39,072 nt of DNA from the IMG/VR virus record IMGVR_UViG_3300048998_000060, positions 1 to 39,072 of that record; one strand, written 5' to 3'. The notes under the pieces are model-generated. The model was not told where the DNA came from. It saw nothing but the letters and a program-made list of their open reading frames with translations, and ran no database searches. Below, piece after piece: positions 36,736 to 39,072 of this stretch (the stretch's first letter is position 1; every line of letters starts with the position of its first letter). Source of the stretch: a virus (lineage: Duplodnaviria > Caudoviricetes). The translations under genes were made by a program, and so were the position numbers.

Positions 36736-39072
36736 ATGCCTCTGAAGCAGGTTCTTCCAGTCGCCGCAACGATCACTGAAGGTGACGGGGCGTCCCAGGA
36801 GCAGATCGATCAGATCGCTGCCTTGGCCAACAACGCACAGACTGTAGCTCAGGCTGCATCGACTGCCGCCACCACTGCTGGTACTAAAGCCGACGCTGCG
36901 AAGACTGCTGCTGATGGCTACTCTGCTCAAATCACCGCAGCCGGCACGAAGGCTGACAACGCAAAGTCGGCCGCAGACGCCGCTGCTGCTGCTGCATCGA
37001 CTGCCTCTTCAAAGGCTGACGCTGTAACCAGCACTGCTGCTGCCGCACAGACCACGGCAAACACTGCCAAGACCACTGCTGACACTGCCAAGTCGACAGC
37101 CGATGGTGCAAAGGCAACTGCTGACGGTCTGTCTGCTCAAGTCACTGCCGCTGGAACCAAAGCTGACAACGCCAAGACTGCTGCTGATTCGGCCGCTGCT
37201 GCTGCTACTACTGCTGGTACTAAAGCTGACACCGCCAAGACTGCTGCCGACAATGCTGTCTCGGTAGCAAACGGTTTCGGCTCTCGCATCAGTGACCTCG
37301 AAACAATTGAAGCCAGTTACACCGAACAAATCGCTGGTGCGAACGCTACGGCCAATCAGGCCAACTCCGCTGCTCAGAACGCTATCGCTATCGCCAACGA
37401 TCTCGATGACTCTATCGACGCCGCGGTAGCTAAAGCCGACACAGCTCTGAGCACCGCAAACGGCGTAGATGCAAAGGCTACCGCTGCTCAAACCGCAGCG
37501 AACAATGCGAACACCAACGCTTCGACCGCACTGACTACTGCGAACGCCACCGCTACACAGGCCGGCGATCTGTCGACCCAGGTGACGAACCTTTCGAACT
37601 CGGTAACTCTGATCGGTCAGAAAGCAACCGACGCTCAGACAACTGCGAACGCAGCCAGCGCTACTGCGAGCCAACTCGATGACCGTATCGACGCTCACGA
37701 CAGCCGTCTGGATGAAGTCGACACTCGTCTGGATGCTCTTGAGTCCAGTACTGGTGGCGGTACCGGCCCAGCGTATGACGACACTGCGATCACCGGGCGA
37801 GTCAGCACCCTGGAAACCGACAACACTACCAACAAGGCCAACATCGCGACTCTTCAGGCTGCTTCTGCTGCCGCGGGCGCTGCAATCCCGATGGAGTACC
37901 TTTCTGTCTGGGGTGACAGCCGTACCGCACAGAACTGGAACAGTGCTGGTAACGCCATCTTGGCCCGCGGGTATGGTTGGTGGGCAGAGTGCTTGTCTGG
38001 CCGAGTTCGTATGCACCTGAAGTACAACTTCGGTGTATCCGGTGACTCGATTCAGCAGCTCTTGGACCGCATGAACAACGACACTGCAAACGCCTCGGGT
38101 GTTAAGCCGTCTCAAGTTCCGCCAAGCCACGCTGTTCTGCACATCGGCACCAACAGCATCAACGCCGGTACCACTGTTGCAAGCTGCATGTATCAGCTGA
38201 ACCTGTGCATCACCTGGTTGCTGAACAAGGGTCACACCGTCTACGTCGTATCGGAATGGCCTCGTGGTCTGACTGCAACCGGCAACGCCATGCTGACTGC
38301 TGACAACCAGAAGATCATGTACGGCTACGCTCGTGAAGTTCGCAAGCTGGGCAAAGCCAAGAAGGTCAAGATCATCGACGTATGGCCGGCAATGGCTGAC
38401 CCTACCCTGTCAACTGCTCAGCCTCGTCTGAACTACCTGAACGGTGATGGTCTGCATCCATCGATCGGCGCAGGTTTCTTGACCGGTAAGCTGATTGCAA
38501 AAGCCCTGGAAGAAAACAACGCCCACAAGATCGCGTTCCCACCAGGTTCTCAGGACCTGTACGACGCTACCAGCAACAAGGAAGGCTCTCTGAGCCCCAA
38601 CCCTATGCTGCGTGGTACCGCTGGTGTTGTGAGTGCTACAGGCGCTTCTGGTACTGCTCCAGACAGCTGGACTCTGACCCCTACTACCGGCATGACTGCT
38701 GTTGGTAGCCAGGTCATCGTGACCATGCCTGATGGTACCAAGCGTGAAGCTCAGCGCATCGTCATCAGTGGTACACCAGCAGCAAACGGTTCTGTGTACC
38801 TGCGGATTCCGAACACCACTCGTGCGAACGCAACTGGCGTCTGGTACGGCAAGATCAACGATGGTGACATCATCGAGGGTTGGGCTGAAATCATGGTGTC
38901 GGATGGCTTCACCAACATGAGCAACGTGACCTGCAACATTGCAGCCGATACTACCGCTCTGTCTGCCCTGGGTGGTACTTACACATCGGGTGGTACTACT
39001 GGTGACCTGCAATGGCCAGACAACTTGAAGCAAGCCTTCTCTGCGGTCATTCGATCGCCTGAGTTGGTCGTT
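36736..39072 (+). CDS. long Ala/Thr coiled-coil fibre with SGNH esterase and carbohydrate-binding-like domain (partial, runs off the window; >779 aa)
   Basis: AGGAG RBS, ATG 36736, and no stop seen on manual translation: MPLKQVLPVAATITEG...(AGTKAD repeats)...VWGDSR...NFGVSGD...HIGTNS...DGLHPS...DLYDATSNKEGSLSPNPML. Absent from the ORF track because it is open-ended. Confidence 0.85.
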   Translation, partial: MPLKQVLPVAATITEGDGASQEQIDQIAALANNAQTVAQAASTAATTAGTKADAAKTAADGYSAQITAAGTKADNAKSAADAAAAAASTASSKADAVTSTAAAAQTTANTAKTTADTAKSTADGAKATADGLSAQVTAAGTKADNAKTAADSAAAAATTAGTKADTAKTAADNAVSVANGFGSRISDLETIEASYTEQIAGANATANQANSAAQNAIAIANDLDDSIDAAVAKADTALSTANGVDAKATAAQTAANNANTNASTALTTANATATQAGDLSTQVTNLSNSVTLIGQKATDAQTTANAASATASQLDDRIDAHDSRLDEVDTRLDALESSTGGGTGPAYDDTAITGRVSTLETDNTTNKANIATLQAASAAAGAAIPMEYLSVWGDSRTAQNWNSAGNAILARGYGWWAECLSGRVRMHLKYNFGVSGDSIQQLLDRMNNDTANASGVKPSQVPPSHAVLHIGTNSINAGTTVASCMYQLNLCITWLLNKGHTVYVVSEWPRGLTATGNAMLTADNQKIMYGYAREVRKLGKAKKVKIIDVWPAMADPTLSTAQPRLNYLNGDGLHPSIGAGFLTGKLIAKALEENNAHKIAFPPGSQDLYDATSNKEGSLSPNPMLRGTAGVVSATGASGTAPDSWTLTPTTGMTAVGSQVIVTMPDGTKREAQRIVISGTPAANGSVYLRIPNTTRANATGVWYGKINDGDIIEGWAEIMVSDGFTNMSNVTCNIAADTTALSALGGTYTSGGTTGDLQWPDNLKQAFSAVIRSPELVV

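Noticed and set aside
36860-37260. CRISPR-like or non-coding tandem repeat
   Set aside because: Degenerate in-frame coding repeats (AGTKAD) of the coiled-coil stalk, with no constant repeat-spacer period.
1-39072. tRNA, rRNA, integrase, transposase or lysis genes
   Set aside because: No supporting motifs seen; coding density leaves only short gaps.

Overview
The window is the morphogenesis half of a long-tailed (siphovirus-type) phage. GC content, codon usage and tape-measure motifs suggest a Pseudomonas host. All credible genes are on the + strand. Gene order: ParB-like / ABC-ATPase / GNAT module, wHTH regulator, terS, terL, portal, scaffold, HK97-fold major capsid, head-tail joining genes, tail tube, frameshifted tail chaperones, tape measure and a lambda-like tail tip (Dit, L-, K-, I/J-like). 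About 14 kb of polysaccharide-active virion appendages follow. The head region resembles SSU5/pHCM2-like phage-plasmids, from recall. Three features stand out. (1) The gpJ-like central fibre ends on a dnaX-type -1 frameshift signal (A AAA AAG plus a 12-bp hairpin) leading into the first of three paralogous C-terminal modules, which suggests a translationally programmed, possibly heterotrimeric tail tip. (2) An ~85-aa docking-like domain occurs once free-standing and twice fused to Ig-like, SGNH esterase, head-spike and GH5 cellulase domains, next to a long coiled-coil esterase fibre missing from the ORF track. This looks like a modular, probably capsid-displayed deacetylase and glycanase set. 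(3) CTGCAG appears to be absent from the window. All family assignments come from motif recognition by eye; no database searches were run.
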